Assembly (NCBI GenBank): GCA_001800605.1
Contig: MGVS01000039.1
Span: 1-56,232 of the forward strand
DNA from: Elusimicrobia bacterium RIFOXYD2_FULL_34_15
GTDB taxonomy: Bacteria > Elusimicrobiota > UBA8919
Direction: 5' to 3'
DNA length: 56,232 nucleotides
Positions 18,463-27,900 of this stretch are shown piece by piece. Numbering within the stretch: the first letter of the stretch is position 1; the number at the start of each line of letters is the position of its first letter. The position numbers and the translations under genes are program-made. Below the pieces are notes generated by a model. That model did no database searches, was not told where the DNA came from, and saw only the letters and a program-made list of their open reading frames with translations.

Positions 18463-18987
18463 TTACTTCTTTACCACCTTCACGTCTTTTAAAATAGTTA
18501 TATCTGACAAATCTGAATTTGCTTCCAGGCCTATGCCTGTAATTGTGGAATCCTGTTTCTCCTGGCGAATAAAAGAATTCGAAGTTACCCTATTGGTTTT
18601 TCCAAAATAATTCAGTGAATCGGCATAAATAGTAGTATTTTTCAAAAGTGAAACTATTGAAACATTCCCCATTGCCTTTACATCGCCTGTGTCGGATTGC
18701 AAAACTGCCTTGTCAGCTAAAATGAAAGAGCTTATTTTTTTATTTTCATAAAAGCTCATTCTAATGTTTGTTGCATTTACAACTTTTTTCTTTTCGTAAA
18801 CATCGCCGTGAATTGCAAAAAAATTCCACTCGTGTTTTTCTAAGTCGTATTTGTCTATACTTAGATTTTTTATAATCTGGTCCGGGAATGTATTGCTTAT
18901 AAAAAATTTGTCTGCCTTTTTGCTGCAAGAAATAAAGCAAAAAGACAATATAACTACGAGCGGTATTGCTTTAATACATTTTCCCAT
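18463..18987 (-). CDS. lptC: LPS export protein LptC
   Basis: N-terminal hydrophobic/lipoprotein-like segment, ITGIGLEANSDL motif, synteny. Confidence 0.8.
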   Translation of the reverse strand: MGKCIKAIPLVVILSFCFISCSKKADKFFISNTFPDQIIKNLSIDKYDLEKHEWNFFAIHGDVYEKKKVVNATNIRMSFYENKKISSFILADKAVLQSDTGDVKAMGNVSIVSLLKNTTIYADSLNYFGKTNRVTSNSFIRQEKQDSTITGIGLEANSDLSDITILKDVKVVKK

Positions 18988-19493
18988 AAACCTTTTGATT
19001 TAAAAACAATCTCAATAACTTCCCTGAATACACCCTCGCCGCTTTCTGCATCTGTTATATAATCGGCCGATTTTTTAACATCTTCGGACGCATTTTTAGG
19101 ACATGCAGAAAAACCGCATTTTGACATTACCGATAGATCTACCAGATCGTCACCTAAAAAAGCAACTTCGTCAATATTAAAATTCTCTTTTTCCAAGATT
19201 TCGTTTATTGCAGAAATCTTGTTCATACAGCCCTGGTAAAGATAATGAATGCCCACTTCCTTTGCCCTTGTTTCAACCTGTTCTGACTTTCTTCCTGTTA
19301 CCCATGCAAGTTTTATATCTTTTGCATGATTTTTCAAAAGTGTATAGGCAAACCTGTCGCGCGCATCCCAGAATTTTACTTCTTCACCGTTTTTCAATAT
19401 TATTATTTTACCGTCAGTCAAAACACCGTCTATATCTGACGCGATTAATTTAATATTCTTTATCTTATTAATTATCTTTTTACTAATCTTCAT
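18954..19493 (-). CDS. kdsC: KDO 8-phosphate phosphatase
   Basis: HAD motifs DIDGVLTDG and GDDLVD; start reset to ATG 19493. Confidence 0.92.
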   Translation of the reverse strand: MKISKKIINKIKNIKLIASDIDGVLTDGKIIILKNGEEVKFWDARDRFAYTLLKNHAKDIKLAWVTGRKSEQVETRAKEVGIHYLYQGCMNKISAINEILEKENFNIDEVAFLGDDLVDLSVMSKCGFSACPKNASEDVKKSADYITDAESGEGVFREVIEIVFKSKGLWENVLKQYRS

Positions 19494-19504
19494 AAATAGA
19501 ATCT

Positions 19505-19656
19505 GATTACACACCTGCCTGCCGGCAGGCAGGGATTTAGAAAACCGATTACACAGACTTTTAAAAGCAATTTAAGATTTAACGAAGAGCCTTAATCTGT
19601 GTAATCTTGCCTTTTATCTGTGTAATCAGTGATTGTTTGGATTTTTAAACAATCAC
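19505..19656. repeat. GATTACACAGAT-family element with inserted 20-nt palindrome (19514-19533)
   Basis: Removing the palindrome restores GATTACACA|GATTT; terminal hairpin GTGATTGTTT/AAACAATCAC. Confidence 0.88.
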
Positions 19657-19659
19657 ATT

Positions 19660-20712
19660 TTATCTTTCTGTCATTTTTCTGGTATTTTTCTCAATATCCA
19701 GGAAAAGTAAAATTGTTTCGGCAATTGCGTTAAAAGAAATAAAAATTATATAGGATATAACGGCTATACCAACCATGCCGAGTAAAGACGAAAAAATACT
19801 TTGCGGAAGCAATACTATGAAACAACCTATTGCCGTTATTAATCCTATTATCAAAATAAATCTTCCGAGAAATCTAAATACGTTTGATATACGATGTAAT
19901 GCCCCGTATCTGCGCGGATTTGCAATCTCCGGTGCTTTAAGAATATTTCCGCAATTAATACAATAACCGCTAACCGGTGTTTCTTTCCGGCAGATAGCAC
20001 ATATCATTATGGCTTCTTCTGCCGACGCTTTTTCTTCTGAAGTAGGTGAAAATTTTTCTCCCATTCCTATAAAAAGAAATATTAATCCTGCCGTTATACC
20101 GCCTGAAATTACATCAGCAGTAAAAAACATTGCAGGAGAAACCGCTTCAAATCTTAACCTCAAAAATATTTCCCAACCAATTGCACCGCCAATTGCGCCG
20201 CCTAACGCACCGCCGATAAAAACATAGATTCTTCTTTTATCACTGGATGTAAACAATCCGATAAAAGCGCCCGTAATTAACCATATAACCGCATTTGCCG
20301 TTGTGTAAAGTGAGAATTCTAAACTTTTTGCTTTTTCCGGAATAAACAGCCACATCGGCATATCATTTCTTAAAAGGTACATGGCAACAATACTTCCGAT
20401 TACTCCGCCCAAAATTGCACCTAATAAACCGAAAATTACTTTATTAGTTGATTTCTCAAGAACTCCGATAACTATCCCAATAAAAACTGCAGCTATAACA
20501 ATCCTAAGCACAATATAGAACGGTTCTGCTATTCCTTGATTTGTAATGTTGAAAATACCGGAAGATAAAAACCAGCCTATACAACCCGCAATTGCGCCGG
20601 CAAGCGTTCTTCTCAATAACCATGCAGCGGTTGTGAGTAAGAAATTTGTTCCGCAAACTCCGCAATACTTGGAACCTTCTTTTACTTCTGCATCACAATT
20701 TGAGCAACGCAT
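19660..20712 (-). CDS. Gly-rich multi-pass membrane protein with two zinc ribbons
   Basis: CxxC-x10-CxxC at the N-terminus and internally; about 8 hydrophobic Gly-rich helices; SD GGAGG before ATG 20712. Confidence 0.75.
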   Translation of the reverse strand: MRCSNCDAEVKEGSKYCGVCGTNFLLTTAAWLLRRTLAGAIAGCIGWFLSSGIFNITNQGIAEPFYIVLRIVIAAVFIGIVIGVLEKSTNKVIFGLLGAILGGVIGSIVAMYLLRNDMPMWLFIPEKAKSLEFSLYTTANAVIWLITGAFIGLFTSSDKRRIYVFIGGALGGAIGGAIGWEIFLRLRFEAVSPAMFFTADVISGGITAGLIFLFIGMGEKFSPTSEEKASAEEAIMICAICRKETPVSGYCINCGNILKAPEIANPRRYGALHRISNVFRFLGRFILIIGLITAIGCFIVLLPQSIFSSLLGMVGIAVISYIIFISFNAIAETILLFLDIEKNTRKMTER

Positions 20713-20730
20713 AAAACCTCCGTTAAACAG

Positions 20731-20834
20731 CAATTTAAAATTTAAAAACTTGTCCCGTTGTTACGGGATGTAAAATTATCCGCCACTAAGTCGCTGGCGG
20801 ATCCGCCTAAGCATCAATGGCGGAAAAATTGTGG
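20731..20834. repeat. AAAATT array with three inserted hairpins (filled site)
   Basis: Inserts 20749-20768 and 20779-20824; empty counterpart at 46187-46223. Confidence 0.88.
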
Positions 20835-20876
20835 TTAATTTATTAAAAAAACAATTTACCCATTACCCGTTACCCG

Positions 20877-21134
20877 TTACTTATTTATTGGTTTTGGTGC
20901 CATTTTTTCATACATCGGATATTCTGATTCCCAAGTTGGTAAATTTCTATCAAACTTGTTTAAGAAAAATCTTGCTACAAAAAATAAAACTATTACTATA
21001 ACATAAATTATTCCAAGAACTTTCAAGTGCCATTTCCAAGTCGGTTTCCATGGAACATACATCAAATCTGCACCGCAACTTTTACATATCTTTGCCGTAT
21101 CCTTGTTTTCAGTCTGACAATTATAACATTTCAT
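20877..21134 (-). CDS. Small zinc-ribbon membrane protein
   Basis: CYNC...CKSC plus one TM helix; SD GGGGAG. Confidence 0.75.
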   Translation of the reverse strand: MKCYNCQTENKDTAKICKSCGADLMYVPWKPTWKWHLKVLGIIYVIVIVLFFVARFFLNKFDRNLPTWESEYPMYEKMAPKPINK

Positions 21135-21156
21135 AAACTTCTCCCCCTAAAGACAA

Positions 21157-21295
21157 CCCGCCTGCATCAGCTGTGCTGAAAGCACTGCGGGCAGGTTAAA
21201 AATTCAAAATGAAAAATTTAAAAATGAATGTGAAAACCTTATCTTTCCGCTACGACTCCTCAGCCCGTTACTCGTTACCCGTTGCCCGTTACTTA
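21157..21295. repeat. CAGG-tailed hairpin (21157-21195), AAAATT array and TTACYCG array
   Basis: CCCGC...GCGGG-CAGG; TTACTCG TTACCCG TTGCCCG TTACTTA overlapping the kdsA stop. Confidence 0.75.
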
Positions 21296-22092
21296 TTTTT
21301 AATTTCTTTCAATAAATTTTTTAGTTCAGATAATTTTACGGAATTTGCTGAATCTGATAATGCCTTTTCAGGACTGGGATGCACTTCCATGAAAATAGCA
21401 TCTGTCCCAATCGCTAAAGCAGCTTTTGATAACGGCAGAATAAATTCCTTCTGTCCGCTGCTTTTATTGCCAAGACCTCCCGGCAATTGAACCGAGTGTG
21501 TAGCATCAAAAATTACGGGATATCCGAAATTTTTCATTATCACAAGAGAACGCATATCAACAATAAGGTTATTATAGCCGAAACTTGTGCCCCGCTCAGT
21601 AAGTAAAATATTTTTATTCCCGGTTGACTCTATTTTCTCAACTACATTTTTCATGTCATACGGCGAAAGAAACTGGCCTTTTTTTACATTTATAGGTTTC
21701 TTTGTAATTGCTGCTGCAATTAATAAATCAGTTTGACGACATAAAAATGCCGGAATCTGTATTGCATCCGCTACTTTTGCGACTAACGGAATTTCGCTAA
21801 CGCAATGAACATCCGTTAAAACCGGTATATCAAATTTTTCTTTAATATCTGCTAAAATCTCAAGCCCTTTATAAATACCGGGACCGCGGTATGATTTTAT
21901 CGAAGATCTGTTCGCTTTGTCATATGATGCTTTAAATACTAATGGTATTTTTAATTCCTTTGTAATTTTTTTAAGTTGTTCGGCAATCTTAAAAACAATT
22001 TCTTTTGTCTCAATTACACACGGCCCCGCAATTAAAACAAACGGATTTTTACCGCCGATTTTTATATTACCAATTTTAATTTCTATAGTCAT
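21289..22092 (-). CDS. kdsA: KDO 8-phosphate synthase
   Basis: IAGPCVIE, KASYDKANRSS, QIPAFLCRQTDL, DATHSVQLPG. Confidence 0.97.
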   Translation of the reverse strand: MTIEIKIGNIKIGGKNPFVLIAGPCVIETKEIVFKIAEQLKKITKELKIPLVFKASYDKANRSSIKSYRGPGIYKGLEILADIKEKFDIPVLTDVHCVSEIPLVAKVADAIQIPAFLCRQTDLLIAAAITKKPINVKKGQFLSPYDMKNVVEKIESTGNKNILLTERGTSFGYNNLIVDMRSLVIMKNFGYPVIFDATHSVQLPGGLGNKSSGQKEFILPLSKAALAIGTDAIFMEVHPSPEKALSDSANSVKLSELKNLLKEIKNK

Positions 22093-22625
22093 TATTCAAT
22101 ATGTTCAATATATTCTATCAACCTTTTAGCCTTGTCTTTATCCCTGAGAAGCAACGAAGTGTCATTATTATTTTTTAACCCGTCAAACGAATAATTATGA
22201 CTACCGATGATAATTGTTTCTTTATCTATAACTAAAACTTTGCTGTGAGTCGTCCTTTTAGAACTGTCAAACCGTACATTTATACCGGCTGCCTTTAATT
22301 TATTGAATACTTCCTGATTTTTTAGTGTTTCTTCTTTTATATACTCAGATTTTGGATAGTCCAAAACCACATAAACATCTAATCCCCTGGTACGTGCATC
22401 TATGAAATCCCTGAGCAACCTATTGGAATATGCATCTTTATAATCGTAAAGAAGAAACAAATAAGCGACAAGATGAACTGATTCTTTTGCATTTTGTATC
22501 TCTCTATGAGCAATCTGAAAGTATTCATCATTCAGTATTAGCTCGCTCTGTATTCTTGCTGTGACACATCCTAAAAAAATATTTACTATGATAAAAAGCA
22601 AAATTATTAATGTCCATTTTTTCAC
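22092..22625 (-). CDS. Phospholipase D-superfamily (single HKD, Nuc-like) lipoprotein
   Basis: HSKVLVIDKETIIIGSHN motif; lipobox-like FLGC. Confidence 0.85.
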   Translation of the reverse strand: MKKWTLIILLFIIVNIFLGCVTARIQSELILNDEYFQIAHREIQNAKESVHLVAYLFLLYDYKDAYSNRLLRDFIDARTRGLDVYVVLDYPKSEYIKEETLKNQEVFNKLKAAGINVRFDSSKRTTHSKVLVIDKETIIIGSHNYSFDGLKNNNDTSLLLRDKDKAKRLIEYIEHIE

Positions 22626-22688
22626 TCATTCCTCTTTTTGACACCGATTCTATCCTCTACTCATTACCCATTACCCGTTACTATTCTT

Positions 22689-23474
22689 TCACACAACAAC
22701 CCGATTCTTATAATTCAATACACTTGCCAATGTAAGCGGGTTAGGGTCATCGATATCAACCGAGCTCCAAGCGTCCATCATAAAACGTTCAATATATGCA
22801 TACGGTAAAAATCCGTAACCTTTCTGTCCCCACTCTTCTGACCATGAATTCTTAAATTTAATAACTTGCTTTTTATCGTCATAACCTACCGGACAAATTG
22901 CATGCCCACCCAAGCTGCTTTCATTTTTCTTTGGCATAGGCACAATACCCGTCGTTCCGGTTTCCATCATCCCATTGAAAACCTCAATCCCGATAACGCA
23001 CGGTCCTTTAGTCGCAAGATTTAGACGCAGTTCATTAAGGTTAAGTATACGGGCATATGTCATTATACTAAATTTTTTGGCATTTGTCTTGGCTCCTTCC
23101 TGCGCTTTGTTTCTTTGATGCGGGAAATACGGCCAATACTTTTCCTGGCAAACACCTTTGCTCTCAAGCACCTGCATCGCCGCGCGTATTGTCGTGCCTT
23201 CTGCCCCGGGTATACCGTCAATCTTTTTACATTCACTATAAAGAAACCTGGGGGAAAGCAAAACCAATTTTTTATAATCCTGTAATTCCTGGTACTCTTT
23301 CATACCGGCGACTGTCGCAAAACCAACGCAGGTACCTTCATCTCCCTGATCTCTGACAGGCGATACCTTTGGCGTATAGTCAACCTTAGCCGGTAACTTT
23401 ACAACCGGCAAATACGCCCTCATCAAATAATCCCTGTCGTCAAATTTATCTTTAATACATCCAAATTTTTTCAT
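22689..23474 (-). CDS. Papain-family (C1A) cysteine peptidase
   Basis: VRDQGDEGTCVGF, GGHAI, KNSWSEEWG. Confidence 0.9.
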   Translation of the reverse strand: MKKFGCIKDKFDDRDYLMRAYLPVVKLPAKVDYTPKVSPVRDQGDEGTCVGFATVAGMKEYQELQDYKKLVLLSPRFLYSECKKIDGIPGAEGTTIRAAMQVLESKGVCQEKYWPYFPHQRNKAQEGAKTNAKKFSIMTYARILNLNELRLNLATKGPCVIGIEVFNGMMETGTTGIVPMPKKNESSLGGHAICPVGYDDKKQVIKFKNSWSEEWGQKGYGFLPYAYIERFMMDAWSSVDIDDPNPLTLASVLNYKNRVVV

Positions 23475-23479
23475 TTGTT

Positions 23480-24778
23480 TTAAAAACTATACTTAAACAC
23501 TGCTCTTACCGAATTCCGGCCAACACTATCTTTCTGTACATAATCCGTATATCTGGATATAAAATCTATCCCTAGTGTTAAATCTCCATCTATGAAATAT
23601 TTATCGATTGATAAATTAGTATAGTATCTTTTTTTATCATTATTTGAATCATTAAAATCGTAATTATTTCCTATTAATCCCGCCGAAACCTTCCAACCAT
23701 TTTGTTTTATTTTGTAATTTGCTTTTATACCGGCGGTTTCCTTCCTGTAATTATTACCTAACTTAAGACTATAATTTACATTTTTATGCTCAATATCAAA
23801 ATCAAGCCATATTCTATTTTTGTCATTATCCAAAATTTCGTATCCCCATCCGTTTTGAATATAAAACCCTTCGTGATTTAAGTCAGCGTCAATATAATCC
23901 CTTTTAAAATACTGATATTTTAAATTTGCATTTAATCTTTTATTGATTCTGTGTTCAGTCCCGGCATAGTATTGTCGATATTCGTAATCGTAATCATCGT
24001 CTCTTTCGTCTTCTTCTTTAGTATCCCGCTGGCCCCAGCTAGCCCGGGTTGTGATTTCATATAGCCAGGGAAAATCAAAAATATAATCAAATCCTCCCAT
24101 GGCATCCTGTTTGGTTCTTTTCCGGTCTATTTTCTTTTCTTTCAGTTGTTCTATCTTGTAAGATGAAGTAAGCATTAATTTCTTACCCAAAAAATATCTT
24201 TTCCCGCCAAGCTTACTAAAAATCTTAAGTTGATCATTATTTTCTGATTTTAAATAATCAAAATCATCGATACCCGCAGATAAATTTATCGTATAAAAAT
24301 CTTTTTTCGTAAATGTAATATCGGGTACGCCTGTAACCTGATTATATTCACTTTTTGGAGAATTATCATACCGTTTCTCTTTATATTTCATTTTAAGGCC
24401 CAGCTCCAGCGATTCTTCCTCAAGCTTGCTGATAAAATATGACCAGTTTGTTTTGAAAATTTTAGATACGTTATCCAAAGAATCTTTAGTATCATAGTTT
24501 TTGTCATAGATGAATGAGCTTATATTGTAAATTAACCGATCTGATACTTTCTGTCCGAATTTGAGATGATAGTTGTGATAAGTATAATCATCATCCGTGT
24601 CTTCTTCTTCGTAATCTTCAGATGTTGACCTTTTACTTACTTCAGTATAACCGCTTAAGGTAAAAACATCCGCTTTTGATAAAGTATATTCATTTTCATC
24701 CGTGTAAACCGGTAAAGTAAAACCTTTTATTATATTTAGGGTAAAAAACCCAATTATGAGAAAGAACACTTTTTTCAT
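23480..24778 (-). CDS. Putative outer-membrane beta-barrel protein
   Basis: Signal peptide, alternating aromatic/polar strands, C-terminal FKYSF. Confidence 0.65.
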   Translation of the reverse strand: MKKVFFLIIGFFTLNIIKGFTLPVYTDENEYTLSKADVFTLSGYTEVSKRSTSEDYEEEDTDDDYTYHNYHLKFGQKVSDRLIYNISSFIYDKNYDTKDSLDNVSKIFKTNWSYFISKLEEESLELGLKMKYKEKRYDNSPKSEYNQVTGVPDITFTKKDFYTINLSAGIDDFDYLKSENNDQLKIFSKLGGKRYFLGKKLMLTSSYKIEQLKEKKIDRKRTKQDAMGGFDYIFDFPWLYEITTRASWGQRDTKEEDERDDDYDYEYRQYYAGTEHRINKRLNANLKYQYFKRDYIDADLNHEGFYIQNGWGYEILDNDKNRIWLDFDIEHKNVNYSLKLGNNYRKETAGIKANYKIKQNGWKVSAGLIGNNYDFNDSNNDKKRYYTNLSIDKYFIDGDLTLGIDFISRYTDYVQKDSVGRNSVRAVFKYSF

Positions 24779-24802
24779 TATCTAATTTGTTATGATGGAG
24801 TT

Positions 24803-24952
24803 CCTGCCGATGCATCAGTGACAGACTACCTCTTCGGTTTGCTGTAGTTGCCAACCTTGGCTGGCTTCTTTGTCTTTCAAATGTCAACACAGCCGAGCAA
24901 GCTCGTCAACTACATCCGCCAGTTGGCGGAGATAGGTAACCCCTGCCAATAC
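24803..24952. other. GC-richer intergenic rod-like structured element of unknown class
   Basis: Nested complementary segments TACCT/AGGTA, TGTAGTTG/CAACTACA, CTTGGCTG/CAGCCGAG; carries TCCGCCAGTTGGCGGA (also at 8163-8178). Confidence 0.5.
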
Positions 24953-24958
24953 TATGAT

Positions 24959-27900
24959 CTACCTAATTACAGCTATTTTCCTTAAAACCCTTATCGTCTT
25001 CTCGCCTGTCTTGTGTGCCTTTATTATATATAAATAAACGCCAGATGCAATGTCATTTATATCCCAAGTGTATTCGTAGGCGTATTTATTATTCTTTATA
25101 ATTGGCAATGAAAATATTTCATTTTTATGCAATAATTCACCTGCTATGTTGTATATTTGTATCTCCAAACTATCAGCTATTCCACACTCAGCATGAATAA
25201 TTGGCTGATAACCATTTTTAGCCGGGTTTGGATATGCATACACCTCACCCTTAACAAATGCTGCCGACGGTGCTTGTTTTAATGCTCCAAGTAATATTGG
25301 CTTTTCTTTGTAGTTTACACCTATTATCTTGCTTTGGCCGTTTATGTCAATGCTTTTTGCTATTACGTTACTTAATGTTATTCCTTGTCCGTTTATTGAT
25401 ATATCGCTGTATGGAGCATATATTATTCCTTTTAGTTCTCCCTGCCCGCTTATCTGTATCGGTTGTGTAGTGTTACAATAAATCATTAACTTGTATGGGT
25501 TCCCATTATAATGTACTTCACTTTGTCCTGATATCTGTATTTTGCCTATGCATAATATTTGTATTTCGCCGGTTAGATTAAGTTTTGCTTGTCCTGATAG
25601 ATCTATTCCTGATAAATAATATGTTCCTGTTGATATTGTTAGTGTGTCCTGCCCTGATAGTGTTAATATTCCATTTATAAGTGCTTTTTTGCCTTTGCTG
25701 GTTAATGGTATTTTGTCGTTGTCGTTTGTTTGTGATATTTTTACCTGCATTGTGTCCAAGTCTATAATATATGGACTCATTGGTTCTGTATTTTGTGTTA
25801 TTGTCCCAGTTATTTTGCTTTGGCCAATTAATGTTATTTTTTGTCCTTCCGCATTACCGTCTATTAATGCTTGTCCTGATAGTTTTATTTGTTTGTTGCT
25901 TCTTACATCCCCGTATATTTTACCTTGGCCGTTTATTGTTATTCCTTCAATTCCAAGTGCTGCATATTCAGTTAGTTGCGTTACCGTAAATACTGCTGAT
26001 TTTAATGTTTCTACGTTTGAAACATTATCAATACTCCGGTAAGTTACTGTGTGAGTACCTTCGGAGACAAGGTAAATGGGTAAAGAGGTAGAAAGGTAGA
26101 CAGTGTATGTACTATTATCTATTGAATAATATGTTTCTTTCACACCGGATGCTATACCGTTAACTAACGGATCAATAGTATTAAAAAATATTGGGGTGTC
26201 TGGTGTTATGTAGGTTTCTGTTGTGTTTATAGTAGTGATTGGCGGAGTTGCGTCTACATTTAGAGTTATAGAGTTATAGGGTTCAGCATTATTGAGATTA
26301 TCCTCTGCATAGTATTTTATTGTATGGATACCTTCTGATAGAGTAAATGAAGATGTATAATTTATGAACTCTGAACTATCAACTCTGAACTTAATATCTT
26401 TTAGTCCTGAAAATACTCCATTGATTATTGAATCTTCTGCACTTATTATTATTTCCGTCTCTGAATTTATATATGTTTTGTCGCCAATCTGAAATCCCGA
26501 TGAGTCGGGACAAGTTCCGCAATTTGAAATTTGTAATTCCGATTCCGGCGGAGTATTATCTAATTTTATTGTTACTGTTCTTTCCGGTTCGGTGTTTTCC
26601 ACGTTATCTTGCGAGTAATAATTCATTAAATATATTCCATCTATGCCAGTTATGTTGAATGTGGTGATATATTGGGTATATGCTGGAATATTATCGGTAC
26701 TGGTATATATGGTGTATTTTGTTTCTTTTATACCTGACGGTATTGTGCCAGTACTTGCTTGCCCTGAGCCTGTCGAAGGGTCTATGGTTACCAATTTAAA
26801 TATTGAGTTTGAGGTTATGTATTCATTAAACTTTGGATCAGAGATTGATAAAAACGTTTCGGGAACGCTGTTGTCAATTGTTATTGTTAATGATTTTTCT
26901 GCCTCTTGATTTAGTAGGTTATCATAACTTCTGTAATATATAGTATGCTCGCCGTCAGACAGATTAGAAAGATAAATGGTAGACAGGTAAATAGAATACG
27001 GACTATCATCTATCTTATATTCTGTGTATTTTACACCAAGTCCTATTCCATCCCCAACTTCTATTAAATCATCTATCGCCGATAATTCTATTTGCGACTC
27101 CGACGTTATATATGTCTTGCCATTAATTTGAAATTTGTAATCTGCAATCTGCAATTGACTCACCGGCGGTTTTGTATCCCAAACTACTTCAAATTTTGCC
27201 GTAGTAGATGAACTGTAATTACCGATTGCATCTGTAGCTTCAACTGTCAATGTATAAATTCCATAGGATGGTAAATTAAGAGGCTCTATCTGAACATCCG
27301 TACTCACTATTACTTTAGTACCGATTTTTGATGTATCAGGACATTCTATCAACGTTAAATAACCGGTTGTTACAAACCGTGACAAATCAGTTACATTGAA
27401 ATCAACATATATTTTATTTAAAGTTGCTATAAATCTTTCTCCGCCTTCAGGTGAATTTATTGTAATTACCGGTGATTCATTATCGGTAATTGCTAATATG
27501 CCTATCCTACTTGAAGATTCGTATCTGCTGTCTCCGTCAAATCGCACTCTTAAATAGTATGATAATCTTACCGGTCTTTCAGGAAGTGAAAATTCAAATG
27601 TCACACTGCTTTTTACAAGTGTGCTTTGTGTTATTGTTTGCCAACTGTCATTATTCCAATATTCAAGCACAACCGTTTTTGGTTCATCTTCCTGGTGCAA
27701 TAATTCTAAATTTTCATCATCTGTCATTGTTACTATCAATGTTGTTGTTCCCGGATACAAAATAGTTGCGTTAGGTTTAGATAATATAACTTTTTCTTTT
27801 ACTATTTTTAATGTTTCCTGCACTTGACTGGGTAAATAATAATATCCATCACCGGGAAATTCTATCTTTATAGGATATTCACCGGGCAGTAAATCAATGC

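Noticed and set aside
24781-24958. attC site, 6S RNA or c-di-GMP riboswitch
   Set aside because: No RYYYAAC/GTTRRRY boxes at the expected positions and no recognisable consensus motifs; kept only as an unclassified structured element
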